DNA of 31,088 nucleotides. Source: a virus (lineage: Duplodnaviria; Caudoviricetes). The DNA lies in IMG/VR virus record IMGVR_UViG_3300021082_000477, positions 1-31,088 of that record, one strand, 5' to 3'. Of this stretch, positions 1-9,046 are shown piece by piece. The position numbers were made by a program, and so were the translations under genes. The notes under the pieces are model-generated. The model saw only the letters and a list, made by a program, of their open reading frames with translations, had not been told where the DNA came from and did not search any database. The first letter of the stretch is position 1, and each line of letters starts with the position of its first letter.

Positions 1-1
1 A

Positions 2-706
2 CGAGGTCATTTCAAGGATGCTGTCCCTGATAATGCAATGGGCGGAGGATTTGTCGCTAGAACATTCATTATCCACGCGGACAAGAAAGCGGGTGTTAAT
101 TCTCTCACATCACGTCCCGACCACATACCAGACGTTAATCTATTGTCTGAGCACCTTTTCAAGATTTCAAAAGTTAAAGGTCAGTTCGTTTGGAGTCATG
201 ACGGAAAGGAACTCTACGACCGTTGGTATACACAGTTCTCGGCGGGTGAGTATAGTGACACCACAGGGACTATCGAGCGACTTCATGATCATATCCTTAA
301 GACAGCCATGCTCCTCTCACTGGCAAGGGGGCTTGACCTTCGACTCGAAATTGGAGACATAAAAGAAGCGATCATCGCCTGTCAGGATTTCGTTCCTGGC
401 GCTCGTAAGGTTGCGATGACTTCCGGTGGTAAGTCGGCAGCGGCACCTGGAACTGCGGTGTTTATTAGGGAGTTGCTTAGTCGGAAGGAAAGTGACTACG
501 GCATGACCCGGATCGCGATGGGTCAGAAGCACTGGCAGTATTTTGATATGTTTGAGCTCGACAAGATTGCGGAGAGTTTAAAAGCACAGAAGGCAATCAG
601 AGAGGAAGCGAAACGAGTCGAGGGTAAGATGGAGGTCTGGTGGTATCTGGAACCAATCGTCATTCAGCGGTATGAAAAAACTATCGCGGAGAAAAAAGAA
701 TCATGA
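2..706 (+). CDS. 5'-truncated DUF3987/YfjI-like phage replication (primase/helicase-associated) protein, C-terminal part
   Basis: Frame is open from base 2 (RGHFKDAVPDNAMGGGFVARTFII...); the P..A.GGGF..R motif and 'ERLHDHILKTAMLLS' helix resemble phage DUF3987-type proteins; family call from recall. Confidence 0.55.
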   Translation, partial: RGHFKDAVPDNAMGGGFVARTFIIHADKKAGVNSLTSRPDHIPDVNLLSEHLFKISKVKGQFVWSHDGKELYDRWYTQFSAGEYSDTTGTIERLHDHILKTAMLLSLARGLDLRLEIGDIKEAIIACQDFVPGARKVAMTSGGKSAAAPGTAVFIRELLSRKESDYGMTRIAMGQKHWQYFDMFELDKIAESLKAQKAIREEAKRVEGKMEVWWYLEPIVIQRYEKTIAEKKES

Positions 707-882
707 CTAAAGAAGAGAAAATCAAAGCACTTCGAGCTGCTGCTGATCGGATGGAGGAGAGTGTAAGTGCTACAGATGGTCCTTCATCAGAGAACTGGGT
801 GTCACCTGAACGCCGCGCTCACTACCATCAGATGGCTTGCGAGAAGCGAGAGGAAGCCAACAAACTGGAGAAGGAGAACTAA
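703..882 (+). CDS. Small hypothetical protein (59 aa, MTKEEKIKALRAAADRMEES...)
   Basis: ATGA overlap with upstream stop and TAATG overlap with downstream start; below the ORF-track cut-off, translated by hand. Confidence 0.7.
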   Translation: MTKEEKIKALRAAADRMEESVSATDGPSSENWVSPERRAHYHQMACEKREEANKLEKEN

Positions 883-1070
883 TGGGATTCAAATTCACGA
901 TTGCGATGGAGGTCGATGATAGGGAATCGGAAGTAGCAAAGGACCGTGCTAACAGATTGGTCCTAGCACTTCTAGATTGTGAAGGCGTCACTGCCTGTCA
1001 TCTAGCGTCTGGTCCTTCCGTCGAGATTGAGGTGGTCAGTAATGTGGCTGACCTGCCGCCACTAGAGTGA
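882..1070 (+). CDS. Small hypothetical protein (62 aa, MGFKFTIAMEVDD...)
   Basis: AAGGAG ribosome-binding site before ATG at 882; coupled to the previous stop. Confidence 0.7.
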   Translation: MGFKFTIAMEVDDRESEVAKDRANRLVLALLDCEGVTACHLASGPSVEIEVVSNVADLPPLE

Positions 1071-1138
1071 CAATGACGAGGCTTTGGATTTTACTCCTTG
1101 TCCTCGTCATGATTTGGGGAACGACTAGGGGATGCTAA
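1067..1138 (+). CDS. Possible 23-aa hydrophobic micropeptide (MTMTRLWILLLVLVMIWGTTRGC)
   Basis: GTGA overlap with upstream stop; single hydrophobic helix; very short, so uncertain. Confidence 0.3.
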   Translation: MTMTRLWILLLVLVMIWGTTRGC

Positions 1139-1316
1139 GGGGAGGTGGTCCTTTAATGACATAGAGGACCGCCAATCCTGCAATACAAACCTTCAGAATC
1201 GTCATCACGTCGCTTGATACGCCAAACCCAATGATCCGAGAGAACGGTGGGATCAGGGTGTAAACGATGATCACGCAAATGACAGCGATGATAATTCTCC
1301 AAAGCATTGCACTCAT
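1125..1316 (-). CDS. Small two-TM membrane protein (possible holin)
   Basis: 63 aa, two hydrophobic helices, AAGGAG ribosome-binding site, last gene of the late operon. Confidence 0.7.
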   Translation of the reverse strand: MSAMLWRIIIAVICVIIVYTLIPPFSRIIGFGVSSDVMTILKVCIAGLAVLYVIKGPPPLSIP

Positions 1317-1326
1317 TTCAACTCCT

Positions 1327-4300
1327 TTAACGTTGACGTGACCTTACCCTGCTTCTAGTCCTACCCTCTTTCTTCGGTGGTTTTGCATAGCGGAGTGGGC
1401 TTTCAGCGGTTCCCGCAATTGCCTGCTCCGCATTCTGACGACCAGTTGCATACAAAGCAGGATTCCTGACATACTGAGGAGTGAATGGTCCCACTACCTC
1501 GTTCGCTACGCCTGCGACCTGTTGCTGCATTGGGATCTTCCTACCGTAGACATCTCGACCAGTAATTGGCTTGCCGAAATCATCTACGTTGAGCAGGAGA
1601 TTTGCTGCTGAGCTAATGGGCATGGACAGTCTGTTCTTTGCGATCCTAGCTCCCTGCCCAATGTCTTTGTCCTTTATCGCCGCGACCATCGTATCCAGTG
1701 GCAACCTGAGAAAATCAGCTGCCGTTCCGAATGGACGGAGGTAGCGGTTTCTATCCCCTGACATTCCGAGCTGCACGTCAAGCGTGTGTCCTGGAGGGTT
1801 CTCCCACATGGGATGACCAGAGGAAGCGACATTTGCCACGTTGGCCGCGACATAGGCGATGAGGATATTCTTGGCAACTCGTCCAAACTGTTTCCCCTGT
1901 GGTGTATTCGGGTCGATCATAGCTTGCGCCATTCCCTGACCCATCCTCGCATTAGTCTCGAACCAATCGGGGGCGAGGAAGATGGTGCGCCAGAGGTTCT
2001 GCACGTCTCTGTTGCGTCCCATTGCCTCCCAATTGATTCCTCCGTAGAGGGTATTGGTCGCTTCTGCTGCTGCTCTACCAGCCTCGGTTGGACTCATCCC
2101 TTTGGCTAGGAGCTCCTTACTAAACTGATTGTAATACTTCAACTTGAGAGCCGGGATGATCTCATGAAACAGAGGCTTCTCGAAATACTTGGTATGGAAG
2201 TCGAGGATTCGATTGTCAGTGATTTTGCCTTTCCCTCCCAGACTCGATACCAATTCCTTGAGATTGTTCTGCCCCAGCTCGAACCCTTCCGTTGTGAGAG
2301 TTAAGCCATTTTTCATGGCAGCCGGAGCAGTCTGCATCAACCCCTCAAGGTCTCGGGCTGCTGATTTGGGGTTGACCATGTAACCGGCCATTTCGGTTCC
2401 CCCCTTGAGCAGACCCTTACCCATAATGTTACGGGCAAGAATGTTGAAACCGTGAGCGTTGATACCCGTCCCTGGGACTCCGGCGGACATGGCGTAGTTC
2501 TTAGAAAGCGATGCTGCGTCCGACGTCCAATCGAGAACTCTATTCTGGGGCTCACGAAGGTAGTTATTGATATTCCCTGCAATTTCCTTAGGAGCCATAA
2601 GGACTCCCTGAAATTCCTTCCCCTTAGCCTGAAATTTCTGGATAGGGAAATGATCTGGATCGAGAGCTTCCCAAGTTCCATTTGCAGGAGCCTTACTCTT
2701 GGGTTGTATGAGATTGTTTTGCTTGAGATAGTCGAAGAACTGACGATCGACCATAGCCTTGTTAGCTGTTTTCTCATACCAACCAACGAGATCTGAGATG
2801 CTCTTGAACTTCGGTTTGAGTCCGACATTGATACCTGCCTGATAATTCTCAAGAACAGACTGAAGAGTGAATCGGGGTTTGAGTCCCAGCTTTCTGGCGG
2901 CGGCAAAGACTTCATCGGCAGAGTTCTCCCAGAGTTGTGGAAGGTAATTCTCCTTGAAGCCTAAGCGGATACCAGACTGCTCAACCTGAACATGCTTCTC
3001 ATCGAAATACTTCTGAACATCTGCATACTTCCCTGTCCTGATACCTGCCTGGAACTGCTTGATTCCCTCGATTCCCTGTGCATCCAGGTCTTTGAATTCC
3101 TTAGCCTTGAGCATCCCCTCCGCTCTCGTCGCTCTTCTTCCATTGACCCAATCGCCAAACTTCCCAGCGAATCCCGGAGTGTGCGCATCTGCTCGCTTCA
3201 GGCTCCGGGACATGGGCTTACTGAAGCGGTCGCTGAAAGGGCGTGATTTGTTCGTGCGCTGAACATTGTTTGAGGCTGGTAGATTTGTCCTAGCTCCAGC
3301 TACATCTCCTGCCGCACCCATTTCATCCACTGCCAGATGCATGAGAGATGATCGGCCTGCTCTTCCAGTTGGAGCCTGACCTGACCTACTGATATGGTCG
3401 TTCAATTCATACAGATTATCGAATCTTGCAGGTGAAACCCCAGAGCGGAATGCTTTCCTTGTAGCGGAATCAATCTCAGCTCCTGATGCACCCATGTCAT
3501 ACATTCGGTCGCGCCAAGAGACGAGATCATCGAGTAGAGGTGGCTTTTCCCCAGCCTCTCCAAGTTCACCGTCCTTACCCCACTCCTTGAGGTAAGAATT
3601 ATAAGCCTTAGTGCGTCCGACGTTGACTCCGGCTTCTCCTGTTTCATCCATTACTCCTGACGAGCGTCCAACCTTCCGGAGATCAATTTCAGAGATCGCT
3701 CGGGTATCTCCTTGAGAAGCGAGAAATTCGAGATCTTTTGCAGGAGCGGATGCATATGGCCTTGCTGGATCGTCAACATCTGGAATCGGCGATACTCCAG
3801 AAGTTCTTTGAGCCTTTGGAGGAGCAGATGCCGCTGGAGTCTCTGATACTGGAGGGGCGAAAGGTCGTTGAGGCGCACTACTTTTCCCACTTCTCTTTGC
3901 TCCCTTCATCTTTACTGGTCTAGTTGCTGAGGATCGCATCGGCTTGACAGGAGCATTACTTGGACTGAAGTATGTGCCCCCACCAAACTCATCCACTCCC
4001 TCAAGGCGAGCCCTAGTTCCAACGTGACCGGTTACTCCCGGATCTCGTTCTGGAATAGTCTCTTCTCTTGGGGAGGACTTGAGACGATCTCCTACAACAC
4101 CACGACCCGGTTCATCTGGTCGAAATTGGCTAACCTTTGCGTCTGAAAATTTCCTGTAGATTTCCTCGGCAAGCTCCATAGCATTCGGAGCACCCGACTG
4201 ATGGAGATTATCTGCAAGAGCCTGAGCACGTTGAGCATCGAAAGACTGTGGATTACGACGCCACTCTCGAAGCTCAGGACCAACTGCCCTCCTTACATTG

Positions 4301-4848
4301 TCGAGATCCTCCGGTGAAGACCTCATAGCAGTTGGCTTCCTGGTGAATGGCTCGACTGGTTCTAATGGAATGTCAGCTGGCGGAGGAATGGTCTTGGCCC
4401 TCGACATTGCACGAGCACCAATTGCTCCACCGACTCCACCACCTGCTGCTCCACCCATCGCTGCCGGGAGGGTTTCGTTGGAGAGTTCCATTGCATCAGG
4501 AATGTGGAGACCTCGGTCCGTCTGTGAGAATGCTTGCTGAGAACCGACACCCATCACTCCACCCTTGAGCATCCCACGCCCAAAGGATGCAGTCTTGCCG
4601 AATGGGATGAATCCTAGAGCGGTAGCTGTTCCAATCCTAGCAGGGCTGTATCCCTTGCCTTCTAGATATTGAGCACCAGTCTCAGCAAGTCCACCAGCCA
4701 CAGCACCCCACGGACCTCCAGGCACAAACCCACTAGCGCCCCTAAGCCCCATAGCAGAATAATCTCGAAGACTCTGATTGCTCCCAGTATCTTGGGAGGC
4801 AGCTGCCAGTCTCCTTTGCCGACGCTGTTCTCTTGTTTCGGAGGGCAT
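1327..4848 (-). CDS. Large DNA ejection / internal virion protein (1173 aa)
   Basis: Last large gene of a podovirus-type tail module; Gly/Ala-rich hydrophobic N-terminus, low-complexity middle, helical C-terminal half like large polyvalent virion proteins. Confidence 0.7.
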   Translation of the reverse strand: MPSETREQRRQRRLAAASQDTGSNQSLRDYSAMGLRGASGFVPGGPWGAVAGGLAETGAQYLEGKGYSPARIGTATALGFIPFGKTASFGRGMLKGGVMGVGSQQAFSQTDRGLHIPDAMELSNETLPAAMGGAAGGGVGGAIGARAMSRAKTIPPPADIPLEPVEPFTRKPTAMRSSPEDLDNVRRAVGPELREWRRNPQSFDAQRAQALADNLHQSGAPNAMELAEEIYRKFSDAKVSQFRPDEPGRGVVGDRLKSSPREETIPERDPGVTGHVGTRARLEGVDEFGGGTYFSPSNAPVKPMRSSATRPVKMKGAKRSGKSSAPQRPFAPPVSETPAASAPPKAQRTSGVSPIPDVDDPARPYASAPAKDLEFLASQGDTRAISEIDLRKVGRSSGVMDETGEAGVNVGRTKAYNSYLKEWGKDGELGEAGEKPPLLDDLVSWRDRMYDMGASGAEIDSATRKAFRSGVSPARFDNLYELNDHISRSGQAPTGRAGRSSLMHLAVDEMGAAGDVAGARTNLPASNNVQRTNKSRPFSDRFSKPMSRSLKRADAHTPGFAGKFGDWVNGRRATRAEGMLKAKEFKDLDAQGIEGIKQFQAGIRTGKYADVQKYFDEKHVQVEQSGIRLGFKENYLPQLWENSADEVFAAARKLGLKPRFTLQSVLENYQAGINVGLKPKFKSISDLVGWYEKTANKAMVDRQFFDYLKQNNLIQPKSKAPANGTWEALDPDHFPIQKFQAKGKEFQGVLMAPKEIAGNINNYLREPQNRVLDWTSDAASLSKNYAMSAGVPGTGINAHGFNILARNIMGKGLLKGGTEMAGYMVNPKSAARDLEGLMQTAPAAMKNGLTLTTEGFELGQNNLKELVSSLGGKGKITDNRILDFHTKYFEKPLFHEIIPALKLKYYNQFSKELLAKGMSPTEAGRAAAEATNTLYGGINWEAMGRNRDVQNLWRTIFLAPDWFETNARMGQGMAQAMIDPNTPQGKQFGRVAKNILIAYVAANVANVASSGHPMWENPPGHTLDVQLGMSGDRNRYLRPFGTAADFLRLPLDTMVAAIKDKDIGQGARIAKNRLSMPISSAANLLLNVDDFGKPITGRDVYGRKIPMQQQVAGVANEVVGPFTPQYVRNPALYATGRQNAEQAIAGTAESPLRYAKPPKKEGRTRSRVRSRQR
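3249..3265. promoter_or_regulatory. Palindromic site TGTTC-N7-GAACA, copy 1 (inside the large ejection gene)
   Basis: TGTTCGTGCGCTGAACA. Confidence 0.6.
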
Positions 4849-5985
4849 CTAGAATTCCTCCATGTCATTGTCGTCATCAGATTGGCCTGACCCCGGTTTG
4901 AGGATCTCTGCCATTCGATCCTCGAGTTCCTTGATGGCATCATCGAATTCTGCTGGCTCGAGATCCCCCTTGAGGTCAGGGAAGTCGCCGGTTTGGATAG
5001 TATCTCTGTAAGCTGGATCGGCAGCCATATTCCTCAGTGCGGTCTGCCTTGCCGACGCGACCTGAGTAGCATTGGCGCCTGTGATTTTCGCAACTCTCTG
5101 CTCGGCTACGCGGACCTGTCTTTGACGAAGAGCCAAGTTCTCGCGATCCATCTGAACGTCATTCGTAGCACGGAGCGCATTAGTGTCTGCATTTCGGGCT
5201 GCTGTCCCGGCATTCCTCTGACCTACTCCAAGGAATCCCTTTTGTGTTTGGGCGTTGACGGAAGCGATGGTTTCGCCGGGGATGAATCGAGTATCGGTCG
5301 GGTTGTTCTTATTGACGAACAGAACTCCCGTAGGCTTCTGGACCTGATCATATACTGATTTATCGACGTAGCGATCATAGGCATCAGCCCTCTGAGCATC
5401 CACATCGACGCGACGACCAGCGGTGTCAGCATTCTGCTCGTCAATGTCCTTCTTGTGCAAGAACTGTTGATATGTGAGACCAAGCCGATACGCGTTATTG
5501 ATTGCGTCTGTCTCATTGTCCACGTCTCTTTGTTCCAAGCCAGCCCCACGTTCAAGAGTGGCGAGCTTAGTTGAATAGTCTGTCATGGCATTACGATAGG
5601 GAGAGTTGTTGATGTTTGAAGCGAGTTCGACCCCACCTCTTGCATCTCCAGACATTCCCATCGCCCCACCTGCGGCTGCCGATGCGAGCTTCCTCCAGCC
5701 TGAGGGTTTGTAGTCTTCTCTGACTGGTGTCTGTCCTAGCTCTGTTTTGTATTGTGATGTGATAGGCATATTTCCACGAGCACGGAGAACAGCATCGTAG
5801 AATTCAGCTCCAGGCTGTTGGCCCTGCTGAGTCTGCCGAGTAACAGGAGGAGTCATTCCAGGATCAGCGTTTGGCCGTGGAACTTCATCCATCGGTTGCT
5901 CTCTCCCCATCTGACCTTCACTCATAGGGGGACGACGACCGAAGATGCTTCTGAGTCGGGTTTGGGCGATTGGGGATGTGATCAT
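4849..5985 (-). CDS. Putative DNA ejection / internal virion protein (378 aa)
   Basis: Q/A/N-rich helical sequence with an 'SAAAGGAMGMSG' segment; lies between two other ejection-type genes. Confidence 0.65.
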   Translation of the reverse strand: MITSPIAQTRLRSIFGRRPPMSEGQMGREQPMDEVPRPNADPGMTPPVTRQTQQGQQPGAEFYDAVLRARGNMPITSQYKTELGQTPVREDYKPSGWRKLASAAAGGAMGMSGDARGGVELASNINNSPYRNAMTDYSTKLATLERGAGLEQRDVDNETDAINNAYRLGLTYQQFLHKKDIDEQNADTAGRRVDVDAQRADAYDRYVDKSVYDQVQKPTGVLFVNKNNPTDTRFIPGETIASVNAQTQKGFLGVGQRNAGTAARNADTNALRATNDVQMDRENLALRQRQVRVAEQRVAKITGANATQVASARQTALRNMAADPAYRDTIQTGDFPDLKGDLEPAEFDDAIKELEDRMAEILKPGSGQSDDDNDMEEF

Positions 5986-6960
5986 TTAGATACCTGCAAT
6001 CCCACCGATGATCGGACCAGCACCACCCATGATAGTGCCGAACCAATCGCGTTTCGGGTTGTTACCCATTCGATTCTGGATAAGCGCAGCCTGTCCTGCA
6101 TTGTAGCTATTACGCTCGTCCAAGCCCAGACCTTCCAGACCCATGCTGTAATCTCGGTCTGAATCGTAGAGGGCACCTTCAGCGGCAAGAGCAGTCTTGT
6201 CCCTGTCGCTTGTGACGCCGCTATTGAATCTCGCTTGCCCGAAGTCCTGACCAGCATTGAACATGGACTGATTGGAGAGGATGTTATTTGTGTCACTTTC
6301 AATCCCCTTGATACCCTCAGCGCCAAACATCTTACCACGCTGGAGGGCACCCTGAAGATCAGACTCGGAACGACTCATCCCTTCCGTTCCCCACATCCTA
6401 CCCTTATTGATCGTATCGGAAAGTCCTAGCTCTGTGTCCCGAACGGCATCGGCAGAGGCAGCTGCTCCTTCTCTGGCGAGCTTGGCCTTGAGCGCGAGAC
6501 CACCCGGACCCATCCTTCCACCGACCAGTGCAGCCCTGTCGACGTCTCGGTTGACTGCATCATAATAGGCAGGAATAACTGATGCGCCTCGTGATCGGAT
6601 GTTGGTTTTGTCTCCCTCTGAAACTCCTCCGGTCTTGGAGAATTCATCGTAGACTCCCCCACCACGCCATCGATCGAAGGTTGCTGGATCTACCCCACCT
6701 GTCTCGGCGAAGTTCTCCATATACTTCCTGGTGAAGTTTGGATTGTAATCGCTGTGATAACTTCCACCAAGAGAGTAGTCGCGAGTCTTGAAGTCCGCCA
6801 GATTATCCTCGAAGCCTTTCCGAGATTCAGCGGATGTAGTATCGGCCTCAGTCTGTTTCTGTTGAATTGCGCCACGATCCTCAGTATGTTCCCTGTTCTG
6901 GGTCGCAGCACTCGTATCCAACATCTGATTGGTCTTCTTTTGCTCTTTGCCCCCACCCAT
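5986..6960 (-). CDS. Putative DNA ejection (pilot) protein (324 aa)
   Basis: MGGGK start, G/A-rich helices, C-terminal 'WFGTIMGGAGPIIGGIAGI' glycine-zipper typical of podovirus pilot proteins; follows the GNAT-like gene. Confidence 0.65.
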   Translation of the reverse strand: MGGGKEQKKTNQMLDTSAATQNREHTEDRGAIQQKQTEADTTSAESRKGFEDNLADFKTRDYSLGGSYHSDYNPNFTRKYMENFAETGGVDPATFDRWRGGGVYDEFSKTGGVSEGDKTNIRSRGASVIPAYYDAVNRDVDRAALVGGRMGPGGLALKAKLAREGAAASADAVRDTELGLSDTINKGRMWGTEGMSRSESDLQGALQRGKMFGAEGIKGIESDTNNILSNQSMFNAGQDFGQARFNSGVTSDRDKTALAAEGALYDSDRDYSMGLEGLGLDERNSYNAGQAALIQNRMGNNPKRDWFGTIMGGAGPIIGGIAGI

Positions 6961-7349
6961 TAGTCAAGTCTCCTGAGAAGAAGCTCACCAGGATACGCAG
7001 TCCTCTGAAAACCGAAATGCCGCTCTATCAAATCAGCGAATGCAGGGTCTTTGATGAAAGCATAGATATCTTTCAATCTAAACTCTCTCGTGCCCCTGAA
7101 CGCCTCTTGCATGAGTAGCTTGATGGCCTCGCCTTGTGCTAATTTCGACGAATCAAAATCGAGGAATAGCATGGCCTCTGCAAACAGTTTGACCTGTCCA
7201 TAGGCTACGATGTTTCCAGCGTCATCCTCTACCACAGCATCAACTATGGAGTTTTGACGATCTGGTAGAGAATGGTCCGTCGAATGATGCTTCTCCCAGA
7301 TAGCACTGATACGAGGGATGTCTGAATCTTGAAACTCCCTAAGTCTCAC
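6960..7349 (-). CDS. GNAT-fold-like virion assembly protein (position analogous to P22 gp14 / T7 gp13)
   Basis: 'MRLREFQDSDIPRI' start, 'AVVEDDAGNIVAYG' strands and 'LIERHFGF' end fit an acetyltransferase fold; immediately upstream of the ejection genes. Confidence 0.6.
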   Translation of the reverse strand: MRLREFQDSDIPRISAIWEKHHSTDHSLPDRQNSIVDAVVEDDAGNIVAYGQVKLFAEAMLFLDFDSSKLAQGEAIKLLMQEAFRGTREFRLKDIYAFIKDPAFADLIERHFGFQRTAYPGELLLRRLD

Positions 7350-7671
7350 GGCTTCTACCTCTACTTGACGAAATTCCTGCTAGATTGATTAGGACCTGAT
7401 TAACTAAGACTGTGCAGGCTTTCACGTCAACAACTATCTCTTTCTGACTCTCAGCCAGATTCTCCTGCATTTCTCTAATACTATCCAACTCAACCTGGAT
7501 GGTATCTTTCCTAGCATATGTCCGCTCGAGATCTGCTTCGAGCATATCAACCTTCTTACCTAAATCTTCTATGTCTTTTACTGCTCTTTGAATGACCGCT
7601 TTGTGATAACCGACCGTGATAAGGATGCTAACGGACGCTCCAATCAGGAGTAGGAGTATGTCTTGCCCCAT
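7339..7671 (-). CDS. Single-TM plus coiled-coil membrane protein (holin/antiholin-like)
   Basis: N-terminal hydrophobic helix ILLLLIGASVSILITVGY followed by a heptad-rich region. Confidence 0.55.
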   Translation of the reverse strand: MGQDILLLLIGASVSILITVGYHKAVIQRAVKDIEDLGKKVDMLEADLERTYARKDTIQVELDSIREMQENLAESQKEIVVDVKACTVLVNQVLINLAGISSSRGRSRET

Positions 7672-8714
7672 TACGACACACCGTCATGCCAGAACGCCGT
7701 GAAATAATGAGCGGATGCGAGAGGGGCAGTTCCAGTTCCACCACCCTTTGTCTTGTAGAATCGAATGACAGTAGTGCTGATCCATTCGTAACCGACAAAC
7801 CAGCTTGCGTTTCCGTTTCCATCCGACGCCGCAGGTCCCCCGAAGTTAACAGAGATTTCATCGATTGACGCGGGCGTTCCACCCTCCCAGGTGACTGTTG
7901 AATCATGAGTCAAGTCACCAGTGCCGAATGAGACATCGCCATGGAATATGTCTCGCACAGAGCCTCCTCCTGATTTACCAATGATAAACCAATCGGTGCC
8001 ATTGGTCTGCACCATAATAGTTTCGAAATCTCTACGTAGTGTATAAGTGCTGACCCCATCAATAGTCGCACCGCCTGAACAGTTCACGACTATATCACTT
8101 GCGGACCACCTCTTAACTACGTAGATTGCGCCCGCTCTACCTGATGGACTAGGGAGAGTAGCTGGAGTGTGAAATGCAACCATCACGAAGTCAGTATCGA
8201 CTAGAGATGCAGGACTTCCCACACTTCCAACGATACTGGCTCCAAATCCTGCAACTGAGAATCTATGCCCCGGAACGACTAGATTACTTGTGAGGGTAGC
8301 CCATGATCCACCGACTGGCATCCTCTGAGGATTGAAATTTCCTGTAGCTACATTGGGTGCAGCTAGATTAGTAAGGCCAGCACCATCACCAGCGAGAGTT
8401 CCACCACTAATACTGACAGCAGAGCTATTCTGGATGGCCATCGTGCCAAGGCCCAGAGCCGTGCGAGCATCAGAGGAAGTAGTAGAACCTGTCCCACCGC
8501 CAGCAACAGAAAGAATTCGATCGCTCCACGCTCCACTAGCTCTCTCTTGGAATTTTACGTTTGGCGAACGGACGAGCTTGATCATCCCGTCCACCATATT
8601 CGTCGGGTCGGCTAGACAGAGGGATATCGCGTCCAGGTCCTTCAGGTGGAGATTCTGTAAGACCTCGGTATTGTATAAGGAGCTCGTTGTGGGCTTGTTC
8701 CAGTCTCCGGGCAT
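7671..8714 (-). CDS. Tail fibre protein (347 aa)
   Basis: Fibre motif GGTGSTTSSDARTALGLGTMAIQNSSAVSISGG, and a 'TLPSP..GAIYVVKR...TIDG....TL....ETI.V..NGTDWFII' knob-type domain. Confidence 0.8.
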   Translation of the reverse strand: MPGDWNKPTTSSLYNTEVLQNLHLKDLDAISLCLADPTNMVDGMIKLVRSPNVKFQERASGAWSDRILSVAGGGTGSTTSSDARTALGLGTMAIQNSSAVSISGGTLAGDGAGLTNLAAPNVATGNFNPQRMPVGGSWATLTSNLVVPGHRFSVAGFGASIVGSVGSPASLVDTDFVMVAFHTPATLPSPSGRAGAIYVVKRWSASDIVVNCSGGATIDGVSTYTLRRDFETIMVQTNGTDWFIIGKSGGGSVRDIFHGDVSFGTGDLTHDSTVTWEGGTPASIDEISVNFGGPAASDGNGNASWFVGYEWISTTVIRFYKTKGGGTGTAPLASAHYFTAFWHDGVS

Positions 8715-8814
8715 TTTCCTCTAGCTCCTCAATACGTTTCTGTTGTCGATAAATCGTAAACTCACGACTACCGATAAGCATGAACAGTTCGTCAGGGCTT
8801 GTTGCCAGGTCCAT
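8536..8814 (-). CDS. Possible small coiled-coil protein (fibre chaperone-like), overlapping the fibre gene
   Basis: Fills the 8715-8791 gap; N-terminal 50 aa form a convincing coiled coil (ELFMLIGSREFTIYRQQKRIEELEENARRLEQ); 179 nt overlap with 7671..8714. Confidence 0.5.
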   Translation of the reverse strand: MDLATSPDELFMLIGSREFTIYRQQKRIEELEENARRLEQAHNELLIQYRGLTESPPEGPGRDIPLSSRPDEYGGRDDQARPFAKRKIPRES

Positions 8815-9046
8815 ATGCTGCCTTTATCTCATTTAGCTGATCAGTTGAGAGGCCACTGACAAGTTTCGTGACCTCATTGGACCTGGACATTCGGTCCTTA
8901 GTGACCGCGTGCCGTGCCCACTGACCAAGTAGATAAGATATGAACTCATCAAGAGTAAGGCTAGCACCTTTGTCCTGATTATGCTTATCCAGCTTTATCG
9001 TGAGGCCTGGAACGAACTCGTCTGGAATGTCTAGGCTAATCTTCAT
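8792..9046 (-). CDS. Small hypothetical tail-region protein (84 aa, MKISLDIPDEF...)
   Basis: GGGGAG ribosome-binding site and ATGA overlap with the upstream stop, so the start was moved from 9067 to 9046. Confidence 0.7.
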   Translation of the reverse strand: MKISLDIPDEFVPGLTIKLDKHNQDKGASLTLDEFISYLLGQWARHAVTKDRMSRSNEVTKLVSGLSTDQLNEIKAAYGPGNKP

